This document shows, one piece after another, positions 1 to 8,369 of a stretch of 64,000 bases of DNA; position 1 is the stretch's first letter, and each line of letters begins with the position of its first letter. The stretch is from Anaerohalosphaeraceae bacterium (GTDB taxonomy: Bacteria > Planctomycetota > Phycisphaerae > Sedimentisphaerales > Anaerohalosphaeraceae): NCBI GenBank assembly GCA_050309605.1, contig JBNRMN010000002.1, positions 16,438 to 80,437 of the forward strand, in the 5' to 3' direction. The notes below the pieces were generated by a model, which saw only the letters and a list, made by a program, of their open reading frames with translations, was not told where the DNA came from and did not search any database. The position numbers were made by a program, and so were the translations under genes.

Positions 1-61
1 TAATCTCGATCAAGGTGAACGCCGCCGTGCGTCTGTTCGGTTTGATTGTCCGTTTGGCCAT
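1..61 (-). CDS. Prepilin/pseudopilin, 5' end only (runs off the left edge; absent from the ORF track)
   Basis: Minus strand from ATG at 61 reads MAKRTIKPNRRTAAFTLIEI: basic leader plus A|FTLIE prepilin-peptidase motif. AAAGG lies upstream. Confidence 0.8.
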   Translation of the reverse strand, partial: MAKRTIKPNRRTAAFTLIEI

Positions 62-410
62 CACAATGCCTTTCTTTACAGTTGTTCTGCCGGTACTGAT
101 GTCGTCAGACGACCGGCTCGGCTTAATCAGCCGCCGAAAATTTTGCCGGCTGAACACTAATTTTTCGTCCGGCGGCGGTGTCCGTTCGTTTGTCTGTTTG
201 GTGCGGCTTGTTTGTGTTGCCGCGATTTTCATCTTGAAAAGGTGTTTTCAGCATTAAAAACACCTTATGCCCCCACAGAAGCCTGATGTATTATAAAACA
301 TACAAAACAATTCGGCCTGTCGGGGCGTCATAAATCAAGAGTCAGTCGATGGAGTTATCGATGTTTGCGGGACACAGGTTATAGGACGCAGCGCCGATGA
401 TGTGCGGTTT

Positions 411-486
411 ATCGGGTGGCACCCTCAAGCATCGGGTGGCGTCCTCAAGCATCGGGTGGCACCCTCAAGCGCAGCTTGCGGGTGCC
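411..486. repeat. 20-bp tandem repeat x3 ending in a hairpin (REP-like)
   Basis: ATCGGGTGGC(AC/GT)CCTCAAGC at 411, 431 and 451. The last copy pairs with the following GCTTGCGGGTGCC. Confidence 0.85.
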
Positions 487-502
487 GGGACAGAGTTTGG
501 CA

Positions 503-1027
503 TCATTCTTGAGGACGCCGGATGTTGGTAAACCAGGCTCTTTGTGTGTCAGGATTATACAGGATCGTTGCGCTTAGTTCGCTAAAAGGTCGAGTAGTGG
601 CTCCGGTTTTGTCATAACGCACTTTGCATACTAGGTCGTACCGCCAGAGTAAATCATATTGTGGGTGATTAGTAATTGTTTGCGGATCGTAGGCAGGTTC
701 CAGAATAAAAGAGAAGTTCTCGTCACCATCCAACTCGGCGGGAGCATTGTTATTTAAATATTGAGGATTAACTGGAGCATTCAGAGTCCCAGACTTGTTG
801 TCCGCCAGAATCAATGCGCGGGCGTGTTCCAGCCCGCCCCAGGCGATGTAGTCGGCCTGGGTGCGCAGGGCGTAGTTGTGGCCGCCGGCCGCGGCCATGT
901 CGGCGCGGTACAGGATGCCCAGCGAGATCACCACCACCGCCATAATCATAAACAGCACCACCAGCAGGGCTGCGCCGCGGCGATTCCTGGTTTTGCGTTT
1001 TGCGTTTTGCGTTTTGCGTTTGATCAT
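503..1027 (-). CDS. PilX/GspK-like minor pilin
   Basis: Basic leader, RRG|AALLVVL hydrophobic helix without E5, and a QA..IA.GGLE motif typical of PilX-like proteins. Confidence 0.75.
   Translation of the reverse strand: MIKRKTQNAKRKTRNRRGAALLVVLFMIMAVVVISLGILYRADMAAAGGHNYALRTQADYIAWGGLEHARALILADNKSGTLNAPVNPQYLNNNAPAELDGDENFSFILEPAYDPQTITNHPQYDLLWRYDLVCKVRYDKTGATTRPFSELSATILYNPDTQRAWFTNIRRPQE
991..1018. repeat. Heptamer tandem repeat (TTTTGCG)x4 inside a prepilin leader
   Basis: Directly visible; encodes the KRKTQNAKRKT stretch on the minus strand. Confidence 0.9.
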
Positions 1028-1069
1028 TATCGCATTTCACATTTGAAATTGGATATTTGAGATTTCAGA

Positions 1070-1657
1070 TTATCTCTCGCCGCGTGGCGTGGCGGTCAGG
1101 GTATAACGTGCATCGTTTATATCGAACGTGATGGTTACGTGGTTATTTTCATACTGGATATGTACATTTTTCTGAACAGATACGGAGTTTTGTGTTGTCG
1201 CGTCTTCAATTTTATAGTCATATTCAGATGTGTTAGGCTCGGGTTTGCTGAAATCCTTTACGTAAAGAATGTTTTGTGAGGCATCTGTATAGATTTTATA
1301 TTTTCCCTCGGCGCAGACGATTTCTACGCCTTTGTTTTCGCCTTCAGGGAGTTCTTCGATACTTTCGGCGCGCATGACCAGATCGGCCAGGCGCGTGTGC
1401 AGTTGTGCCAGATAGGTGGCGGTGCGGGTCATGTTTTCGGTTTCGCGCTTGCCGCAGCTCATGGCGTCGGCCATCGTCGCCGCCGCGGCCAGCACAATCG
1501 CTGCGACCATCAGCGCCAGCAGCAGCTCGGTGAGCGTAAAGCCGCTGGATGGACGATGGACGAGGGACGAGGGACGATTGTCCTGTGGTCTATATTGTGC
1601 CGGTCTATTGTTTTTCATATCCTCTTTTTGGGATTTTTGGTTATTGCTGTGCTGCAT
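1070..1657 (-). CDS. Minor pilin/pseudopilin (PilW/GspJ-like)
   Basis: G|FTLTELLLALMVAAIVL prepilin motif; start could be 1618. Confidence 0.8.
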   Translation of the reverse strand: MQHSNNQKSQKEDMKNNRPAQYRPQDNRPSSLVHRPSSGFTLTELLLALMVAAIVLAAAATMADAMSCGKRETENMTRTATYLAQLHTRLADLVMRAESIEELPEGENKGVEIVCAEGKYKIYTDASQNILYVKDFSKPEPNTSEYDYKIEDATTQNSVSVQKNVHIQYENNHVTITFDINDARYTLTATPRGER

Positions 1658-2083
1658 TTACAGATGACCGTCGCCGATCAATGTTTTGAGTGTGATCATG
1701 GGTCTGTTGTTGTCGGAGACCTTGACTGTTAGAATCACCACATCAATGGTATCGGGCATTTGACCAACCGAATCATAAGTGATAAATAACTTTGCGCTCA
1801 AATTCGAATAAACAGGCTCAGGGTATTGTCCCAAGGGAATTATTGGGTCATACTGTCCGTTAACAGGATAATCGTTTTTGATAGCGTCGTATCCTTCGGC
1901 AATGAGCCTTTCAATGACGTCAGCGGCGAAGCGTGTGGCGATGACGCGGCGTTGGGCGTCTGTTTGGGCGGCGGCGGCGGCGGTGATGGGCAGCAGGATG
2001 CCCGCCGCGGCCATGGCCAGCAGCGCCGAGGCCATCAGGGCCTCGATCAGCGTCATGCCGGATTGTTGTTTGCGTCGTGCCAT
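1658..2083 (-). CDS. Minor pilin/pseudopilin (PilV/GspI-like)
   Basis: MARRKQQSG|MTLIEALMA prepilin motif. Confidence 0.8.
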   Translation of the reverse strand: MARRKQQSGMTLIEALMASALLAMAAAGILLPITAAAAAQTDAQRRVIATRFAADVIERLIAEGYDAIKNDYPVNGQYDPIIPLGQYPEPVYSNLSAKLFITYDSVGQMPDTIDVVILTVKVSDNNRPMITLKTLIGDGHL

Positions 2084-2100
2084 CGTTTCCCCTCTAAGGG

Positions 2101-2234
2101 AAAATTCCAAATCTTAAATTCCAAATCATAAACAAATCTGAAAATTAAAAACCGAAAACATTCAACACGTTTTGAATTTCTGATTTTTAAAATTTGACCT
2201 TGTTTAGGATTTAGTGCTTAGTGCTTGGAATTTT
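2101..2234. repeat. ~134-bp AT-rich imperfect palindrome built of heptamers (MITE-like)
   Basis: The left arm AAAATTCCAAATCTTAAATTCCAAATCATAAACAA matches the reverse complement of the right arm (AAAATTCCAAGCACTAAGCACTAAATCCTAAACAA). Confidence 0.75.
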
Positions 2235-2660
2235 CTACAGGTCTTTGTGGCGGATGCCTTTGGTTGCGCCGCCGTCGTCGGCGATGAATCGGCCGGTTTG
2301 CTGGTCATACAGCCAGTCGCCGCCGGAGACGCTGTTGCCCCCGGTGAAGGGATTGGCGGGGATGCGCTCCAGATAGGGGCCGAACTTCAGAGGGCCGTCG
2401 GCGTCGTCGGTCGTGCCTTTGAGGTTGGTTTTTTGGGTCATCTGTTCGGCGAAGGCCGCCAGACGAGGCCATTGGCCGTCGTGCTGAACGTGGTACAACG
2501 ACAGTTGTGAGCGGACCGTCTGGAGGTTTTCACATAACGTGTTGAGCCGCTCGTCGGTTGCGGCGCGACTGAATTTGGGCAGCGTCATCACCGAGACGAC
2601 GCACAGCACCGCTGCGATGATGATGACTTCAGTCTTTTTGAATGTGTTGTTCGTCCTCAT
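2235..2660 (-). CDS. GspG/pilin-like paralog with a degenerate cleavage motif
   Basis: Shares LQT.RSQ.SLY..QH and GPY...IP.NP with 2809-3324; N-terminus reads TFKKTEV instead of GFTLVE. Confidence 0.75.
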   Translation of the reverse strand: MRTNNTFKKTEVIIIAAVLCVVSVMTLPKFSRAATDERLNTLCENLQTVRSQLSLYHVQHDGQWPRLAAFAEQMTQKTNLKGTTDDADGPLKFGPYLERIPANPFTGGNSVSGGDWLYDQQTGRFIADDGGATKGIRHKDL

Positions 2661-2742
2661 TGCTTTTCCTTGAATACGTGAATTTTAAATGAGCTTCACA
2701 CGAAGCGTTTTTACTTTCGGCCTGAATGGTCAATCGTCAAAG

Positions 2743-2783
2743 AAAAAAGCCGACCGGCCGCGTGAGTGCGGACCGGCCGGCTT
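2743..2783 (-). terminator. Intrinsic terminator after the major pilin gene
   Basis: Minus strand AAGCCGGCCGG..CCGGTCGGCTTTTTT, a GC stem followed by a U-run. Confidence 0.75.
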
Positions 2784-2808
2784 ATTTTGACATTTCAGCT
2801 TTTAATTA

Positions 2809-3324
2809 TCAATCAGTAGTACCACCAGTAGTACCAAGTGCCGCACCGTTTTCAACAAGAGTGTCCTTTGCAGTCTTATTGGTTACGTCGCTGACGGCCA
2901 GATAGATGTTGCCTGTGCCTTCTACATAGACCCAGCCGACACCAGCCCCATCTGCAGCAGCAACGGAGGAGGAGTTGTTCCAGGGATTTCTGGGAATCGA
3001 CTGAACGTAAGGTCCATAAATAATGTTATTTTCAGCATCTTTTGAATCACTTGTGTTTCCAGCGGCATCTGAATATTGTTCGAGCCGATCTTTAAATGTT
3101 GCCTCGTCAAATGTTCCATGACAAGGAGGATTGTCATTGTGCTGGATTTTGTACAGCGAAATCTGCGACCGCAGCGTCTGCAAGCTGCTCATCGAGCTGT
3201 TGAGCTTGGCTTCGGTGCTGGCCTCGCTGAACTGAGGGATGACGATGGCCGCCAGGATACCCAGGATGACCACCACGATCAGAATTTCAACCAGTGTGAA
3301 ACCTTTTTGTGTTCGTGTTCTCAT
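2809..3324 (-). CDS. Major pilin/pseudopilin (GspG/PilA-like)
   Basis: KG|FTLVEILIVVVILGILAAIVIP canonical N-methylation motif, AAAGGA RBS, own terminator. Confidence 0.9.
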   Translation of the reverse strand: MRTRTQKGFTLVEILIVVVILGILAAIVIPQFSEASTEAKLNSSMSSLQTLRSQISLYKIQHNDNPPCHGTFDEATFKDRLEQYSDAAGNTSDSKDAENNIIYGPYVQSIPRNPWNNSSSVAAADGAGVGWVYVEGTGNIYLAVSDVTNKTAKDTLVENGAALGTTGGTTD

Positions 3325-3759
3325 TGTTCTGTTCCTTTCGTTTTGTGTTTCTGTTTTCGGTATCGTTTTTTGTTAGTTCGTAGATTGTCCTCTGACCTCT
3401 GCCTACTGTCCTTTGTCCTCTGACGTCTGGTTTCCAGGCCGATATTCGATTGTCAAAGATCGTTGCGGCGTTTTGATGTGTGCCGCGTTGTGTTTCTACA
3501 AAAAATGTAAGAAACAAAATGGTCGAGGGGTAATGATTCGGGTCATTTTTTTAAGATTTTTTCAAAGATAAAGTCCGCCCGATAACGACGTGGTTTGTTT
3601 GTCTTTACGGCAATGCGGACGCAGCACATGTGTAGGGTCCGGCGGAGACGGCAACAGCGCGGCAGCGCGAGCTGCCCGATAGGGGGGCGAATGTGTGAGG
3701 CGTTTTTAAGGCGTGCTGGTATCCGGGGGTTTTCGCGGTTCGGGTTGTGTTGTGGGTGA

Positions 3760-3873
3760 TTATCCGGGGGCTTGCGCCCCTCGGCTTTTGTTGTGGGCGA
3801 TTATCCGGGGGCTTGCGCCCCTCGGCTTTTGTTGTGGGGGATTATCCGGGGGCTTGCGCCCCTCGGCTTTTGT
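3760..3873. repeat. 41-bp tandem repeat x3 with internal palindrome (REP/BIME-like)
   Basis: TTATCCGGGGGCTTGCGCCCCTCGGCTTTTGTT at 3760, 3801 and 3842; degenerate copy near 3721. Confidence 0.9.
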
Positions 3874-3926
3874 TCGATTTTGACGGGGGTTGTGTATGGT
3901 GTGCGGGGCGGCTATAATGACCCCCT

Positions 3927-5321
3927 ATGGCGAAATTACCAGACAATTCGTTGTTTTCGCGGTCGGAACGGGCGACGCTGGCGGGTTTTGCTCCGCTGGC
4001 GGTGCGGATGCGTCCGGAACGGCTGGATGCGTTTGTCGGCCAGGCGCATTTTGTCGGGCCGGGCAAGCTGCTGCGTCGGATGCTCGAGGCCGGTCAGGTG
4101 ACCAGCCTGATTTTTTACGGCCCGCCCGGCGTGGGCAAGACGACGCTGGCGCGGATTGTGGCCCATTCGATTCAGGCACAGTTTCATTATCTCAGTGCAC
4201 CGGCGGCCTCGGTCAAGGATGTGCGCGAGATTGCCGCGGCGGCCAAAGACCGGCTGATTACGTCCAAACGTCGGACACTGCTTTTCATCGATGAAATCCA
4301 TCGATTTAACAGGGCACAGCAGGATGTGCTGCTGGATGATGTGGAAAACGGGATATTGACGCTGATCGGGGCGACGACGGAAAATCCGTTTTTTTCGGTC
4401 AATTCGCCGCTGATCAGCCGCAGCACGGTGTTCAGTTTTGAGCCGCTTGGCCGAGAGGCGATTTTGGAATTGCTGAATCGCGCTCTGACCGACGCCGAGC
4501 GGGGGCTGGGCAAGATGCAGGTGGCTGCCGAGCCGGAGGCGCTGGATTTTTTGGCGACGATCTGCGACGGCGACGCCCGCAAGGCCCTGACGGCACTGGA
4601 AGTGGCGGTGTTGTCGCAGGCACAGGCCGAAGGGTCCGAAAAAGTACGGCTGACGCTCGATATTGCTAAAGAATCCGTTCAGAAAAAGTCGATTCAATAT
4701 GACGGGACCGGCGATACGCACTACGATCTGGCCAGTGCGCTGCAAAAGTCGATGCGCGGGTCGGATCCGGACGCGACGGTGTATTGGCTGGCGCGGATGA
4801 TCGTCGGGGGTGAGGATCTGCGGTTTATCGCCCGCCGGATAATGGTGTGTGCGGCCGAGGATGTGGGTAACGCCGATCCGATGGCGACGATATTGGCGGC
4901 GTCGGCGATGCAGATTGCCGAGTTTATCGGTTTTCCGGAGGCCCAGCTTCCGCTGGCGCAGGCGGCGATTTATATTGCCTGTGCGCCGAAATCCAACGCC
5001 TGTGCCAATGCGATTTGGCAGGCGTGTTCGGATGTGCAGTCGGGGCGGACGATTCCGGTGCCGCCGCACCTGCGGGATGCGCATTACGCCGGGGCCAAAC
5101 AGCTCGGCCACGGCGCCGGTTATCAGTATCCGCACAAAAGCCCGGTCGGCTATGTTGAACAGGACTATCTCGGTCAGAAACTCGATAAGCCGTACTATCA
5201 GCCGAAAGCAATCGGACGTGAAAAAATCATTGCCGATTATTTACAAAAACTGAAAAATCATGTACAACAGATGGGCGAAAACCGCTCTGAACCCGTAGAA
5301 AAGAGACCTGATGACAGATAA
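3927..5321 (+). CDS. rarA: Replication-associated recombination protein A (AAA+ ATPase)
   Basis: PLA.RMRP, GPPGVGKT Walker A, FIDEIHRFN, KSMRGSDPDA, EDVGNADP, VPPHLRDAHY. Confidence 0.95.
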   Translation: MAKLPDNSLFSRSERATLAGFAPLAVRMRPERLDAFVGQAHFVGPGKLLRRMLEAGQVTSLIFYGPPGVGKTTLARIVAHSIQAQFHYLSAPAASVKDVREIAAAAKDRLITSKRRTLLFIDEIHRFNRAQQDVLLDDVENGILTLIGATTENPFFSVNSPLISRSTVFSFEPLGREAILELLNRALTDAERGLGKMQVAAEPEALDFLATICDGDARKALTALEVAVLSQAQAEGSEKVRLTLDIAKESVQKKSIQYDGTGDTHYDLASALQKSMRGSDPDATVYWLARMIVGGEDLRFIARRIMVCAAEDVGNADPMATILAASAMQIAEFIGFPEAQLPLAQAAIYIACAPKSNACANAIWQACSDVQSGRTIPVPPHLRDAHYAGAKQLGHGAGYQYPHKSPVGYVEQDYLGQKLDKPYYQPKAIGREKIIADYLQKLKNHVQQMGENRSEPVEKRPDDR

Positions 5322-5886
5322 AGCTCAAATGCGTCGAGAATTGAAGAGCCGACTGGCTCAGATTCGTCCGGAAGACCGCATCGAAAAAAGCCGCAGGATA
5401 TGCGGCTATATTCTTGATTCCGAGCCGTATCGGTCCGCGTCGGTGGTGATGTTGTTTTTGTCGCTGCCGCATGAAGTGGATACGACGCCGCTGATATTGG
5501 CGGCCTGGCAGCAGGGTAAGACCGTGGCGGTGCCGAAGATGTCTTGGGAGCAGCGTCATATGATACCGGTCGAGATTACCTCGCTGGAAACGGGACTTCA
5601 GGAAGATCGGATGGGGCTTCGCAATCCGGTTTCCGGAGCGCCTGTGCCTTATGAGGATATTGATCTGGTGGTAACGCCGGGTCTGGGATTTGATCGGCAT
5701 GGCAATCGGCTTGGCCGCGGCGGGGCGTACTATGACCGTTTTTTCTCGATGCACCCTGTGACAGCGGCCAAATGGGGCGTCGGTTTTTCCGAGCAGCTTT
5801 GTCCTGAGATTCCGCATGACCAGAACGATGTGCCGGTGGATGCGGTGGTTACCGAGCAGGGGGTTATTCATTGCAGCCTGTCGTGA
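5311..5886 (+). CDS. 5-formyltetrahydrofolate cyclo-ligase
   Basis: DLVVTPGLGFD..GNRLGRGGAYYDRF signature. Confidence 0.93.
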   Translation: MTDKAQMRRELKSRLAQIRPEDRIEKSRRICGYILDSEPYRSASVVMLFLSLPHEVDTTPLILAAWQQGKTVAVPKMSWEQRHMIPVEITSLETGLQEDRMGLRNPVSGAPVPYEDIDLVVTPGLGFDRHGNRLGRGGAYYDRFFSMHPVTAAKWGVGFSEQLCPEIPHDQNDVPVDAVVTEQGVIHCSLS

Positions 5887-6029
5887 GCCATCGGCGCGTG
5901 GAAAGATTTCATCACAATCGATGCCAAACTTTTGAAAATCTAATGGATTCAATGCCTTACGGATTTTGTATTTTGAATCGCGTGCATAAAAAACAAGATG
6001 TATTTCTATTGTAGTATGGAGGTGTCGTT

Positions 6030-7190
6030 TTGGCACAAGTTTTCAGACCTTATACCGCAAGCCGTCAGCGCCGCGGGCGTCATGTAAAAATGCTGATGCT
6101 GACGCTGATCGTAGTGATTGTGGGGGTGGTGATTTTGATTAAAAGTCAGACCGTCGAGGCGCCGGCGACGGGTGACTCCTCATCGCCGCCGCGGGTTGAG
6201 CTTGACGAGGTGCTGCCGCCGTCGCGCAGTGCCGGTCCATCTGCTCAAGCCCCGTCGCCGACGGCTGCACCGCCGGTCAATGAGCCGCCTGTTTCGGAGC
6301 CGGAGCCGGAGTCGGAGCCGGCGGCTGTGTCGGCATCGGAGCCGGAAGCTGCGGCTGTTGCGTCCGCACAGACCTCGGCGGAACAGACGGCTGGCCAGAC
6401 CTCGCCTGAACGCCAGTCGGGGGATAAAACCAGCCTTGAGGCCCAGCGTCTGATCGAAGAGGCGCTGACGCTGCGCGACCGGGGGCGGGTCATCGCGGCA
6501 CGGGATAAGCTCAATCAAGCACTGACGATGCAGTTAAGCCCTCAGATTCGTACCGGCGTCAAGGTGCAGTTGGCCAGTCTGGCGGATAAGTGGCTGTTCA
6601 GTCGTGATGTGCTCGAAGGCGACAAGCTGACGGGGTATTATCTGGTCAAGCCGGGCGAATTGCTGGCCAAGATCGGTCGTGAACACAAAGTGCCCTATGA
6701 GATTCTGATGCGCATCAACGGGATTGAGCGGCCGGAACTGCTTCAGGCCGGACGGCGGATCAAAGTCATTCATGGGCCGTTTCATGCGGTTGTTAATCGC
6801 ACAACATACACCATGGACTTGTATCTTCAGGATGTGTATGTCAAGAGTTATCAAGTCGGCCTGGGCAGACCCGAGCATACGACGCCGACCGGGCGCTGGG
6901 TCGTTGCGCCGGGCGGCAAGATGATCAAGCCCACCTGGACGGATCCGGATACCGGCAAAACGTATAAAGGCAGCGATCCGGACTATCCGCTGGGATCGCG
7001 CTGGATCGCTTTGGACGGCATTGAGGGCAACGCCAGAGGACGCACGGGGTTTGCCCTGCACGGCACGCATGAGCCGGAGACCATCGGCACGCAGTCCAGC
7101 CGCGGCTGTATTCGCCTGCATAACGGCGATGTGATTGAAGTGTATGAGGTGTTGGAGCCGGGGCATTCGAATGTGCAGGTGACCGATTGA
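6030..7190 (+). CDS. Membrane-anchored LysM / L,D-transpeptidase (YkuD family)
   Basis: N-terminal TM, Pro/Glu linker, LysM (YLVKPGELLAKIG..INGI), HGT...IG..SSRGCIRL catalytic motif. Confidence 0.92.
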   Translation: MAQVFRPYTASRQRRGRHVKMLMLTLIVVIVGVVILIKSQTVEAPATGDSSSPPRVELDEVLPPSRSAGPSAQAPSPTAAPPVNEPPVSEPEPESEPAAVSASEPEAAAVASAQTSAEQTAGQTSPERQSGDKTSLEAQRLIEEALTLRDRGRVIAARDKLNQALTMQLSPQIRTGVKVQLASLADKWLFSRDVLEGDKLTGYYLVKPGELLAKIGREHKVPYEILMRINGIERPELLQAGRRIKVIHGPFHAVVNRTTYTMDLYLQDVYVKSYQVGLGRPEHTTPTGRWVVAPGGKMIKPTWTDPDTGKTYKGSDPDYPLGSRWIALDGIEGNARGRTGFALHGTHEPETIGTQSSRGCIRLHNGDVIEVYEVLEPGHSNVQVTD

Positions 7191-7218
7191 GGTCAGAAGT
7201 CAGAGGTCAGAGGTCAGA
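7191..7218. repeat. Heptamer tandem repeat (GGTCAGA)x4
   Basis: Directly visible right after the stop codon, with one mismatch. Confidence 0.85.
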
Positions 7219-7253
7219 GGGATTTTTTTGGTGTTATTTGAGGATGTACGGCG

Positions 7254-8141
7254 GTGTCGAGAGGGCGATTTTTCACACGACGCTCGGCGTCTGATTCCGT
7301 GCGGGTCGGTGCGCTGAGCCTGTCCGTTGCGGTTCATCTGGCGGCGTTGACCGTGCTGGGATCGGTGCATTTCCGACGTGATGCCGAGATGCCGGCTGAA
7401 GCGGTTTCGGCGGATATTTCCGTTCACGTGGTTGAACGGATTCTTGAATCGCCGCCGGCGCCCAAACCCAAGCCGAGGATTGAGCCGACACCTGCCCCGA
7501 CCGTGGCGCGCCCCTTGCCCAAGCCCGCTGAGCCTGCGCCGCCGTCGCCTAAGCAGGAACCGGCACAACCGGTCGTTTCGAAACCGGACAGCCGTCCGGC
7601 GGATACGGTGTTTTTTTCCGGTACGACCGTCGCGGCCAAGCGAGTGTGCTATGTGGTGGACGGTTCGGGCAGTATGTTTGGGCTGATGTATCTGGTGCGC
7701 GAGCAGTTGCGTGAGTCGATTCTGAAATTGTCGGCCGAGCAGTCGTTTAATGTGGTGTTTTTTATGGAAAACGGGCAGCTTTTGCAGGCGTTCGAGGGGA
7801 CGCTTGAGAAGGCAAGCCCGTCGGCCAAGGCCGAGGCGCTGAATTTGCTCGGACGTATCCGGCCGGGAGGACAGACGATTGCCGAAGACGCGCTCGGGGC
7901 GGCTATGACGATGCGCGACAAAAGCGGACGCCGGGCGGAAGTGCTCTATTTTGTAACTGATGGGTTTGACCTGATGGACGGTGACGGTCAGGCGTTTATC
8001 CGACGGATTGACGCCCTTCGACAGTCGGTATCGCCGGGGACGGTCGTCCACACCATCGGCATCTATCCGGAAGCACGGGACAGCGGCATTCTGTCGCGAT
8101 TGGCGCAGGTGTGCGGCGGGCGGTATATCGAGGTGAATTGA
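7254..8141 (+). CDS. Membrane-anchored vWA-domain protein with Pro-rich (TonB-like) linker
   Basis: SxxxH TM helix, Pro-rich stretch, MIDAS YVVDGSGSM, FVTDG, VHTIG. Confidence 0.85.
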   Translation: MSRGRFFTRRSASDSVRVGALSLSVAVHLAALTVLGSVHFRRDAEMPAEAVSADISVHVVERILESPPAPKPKPRIEPTPAPTVARPLPKPAEPAPPSPKQEPAQPVVSKPDSRPADTVFFSGTTVAAKRVCYVVDGSGSMFGLMYLVREQLRESILKLSAEQSFNVVFFMENGQLLQAFEGTLEKASPSAKAEALNLLGRIRPGGQTIAEDALGAAMTMRDKSGRRAEVLYFVTDGFDLMDGDGQAFIRRIDALRQSVSPGTVVHTIGIYPEARDSGILSRLAQVCGGRYIEVN

Positions 8142-8369
8142 GTGCCCACCGGCATCGTGTTTTGCGCCAGGGGATGTGGCTGTTGTATTCATTGGCATGG
8201 GTTATCGCGATACTGGTTTGCGCGACGCCGGTTAAATGGGAGAAAAAGCAAATTTTTTAAGAAATTATGTTTTTTTCCTGTAACGGAGGTATAATAGAAA
8301 CGTCCTCTTAAACAGGATGAACAGGACTTTTTACAGGACATTCTATATCCATCAATTAAGGAGACGGTT

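Noticed and set aside
15..257. Plus-strand 80-aa ORF
   Set aside because: Overlaps the minus-strand prepilin start, which has a clear motif and fits the operon direction.
3600..3690. c-di-GMP-I riboswitch near the pilin promoter
   Set aside because: The GGACGCA and GGCAGC-GCGA-GCTGCC pieces are suggestive, but the GGCAAA/GNRA first stem is missing and the resemblance is on the strand opposite to the pilin genes.
3760..3873. CRISPR array
   Set aside because: Units are directly tandem with near-identical 8-nt linkers; no unique spacers and no cas genes in the window.
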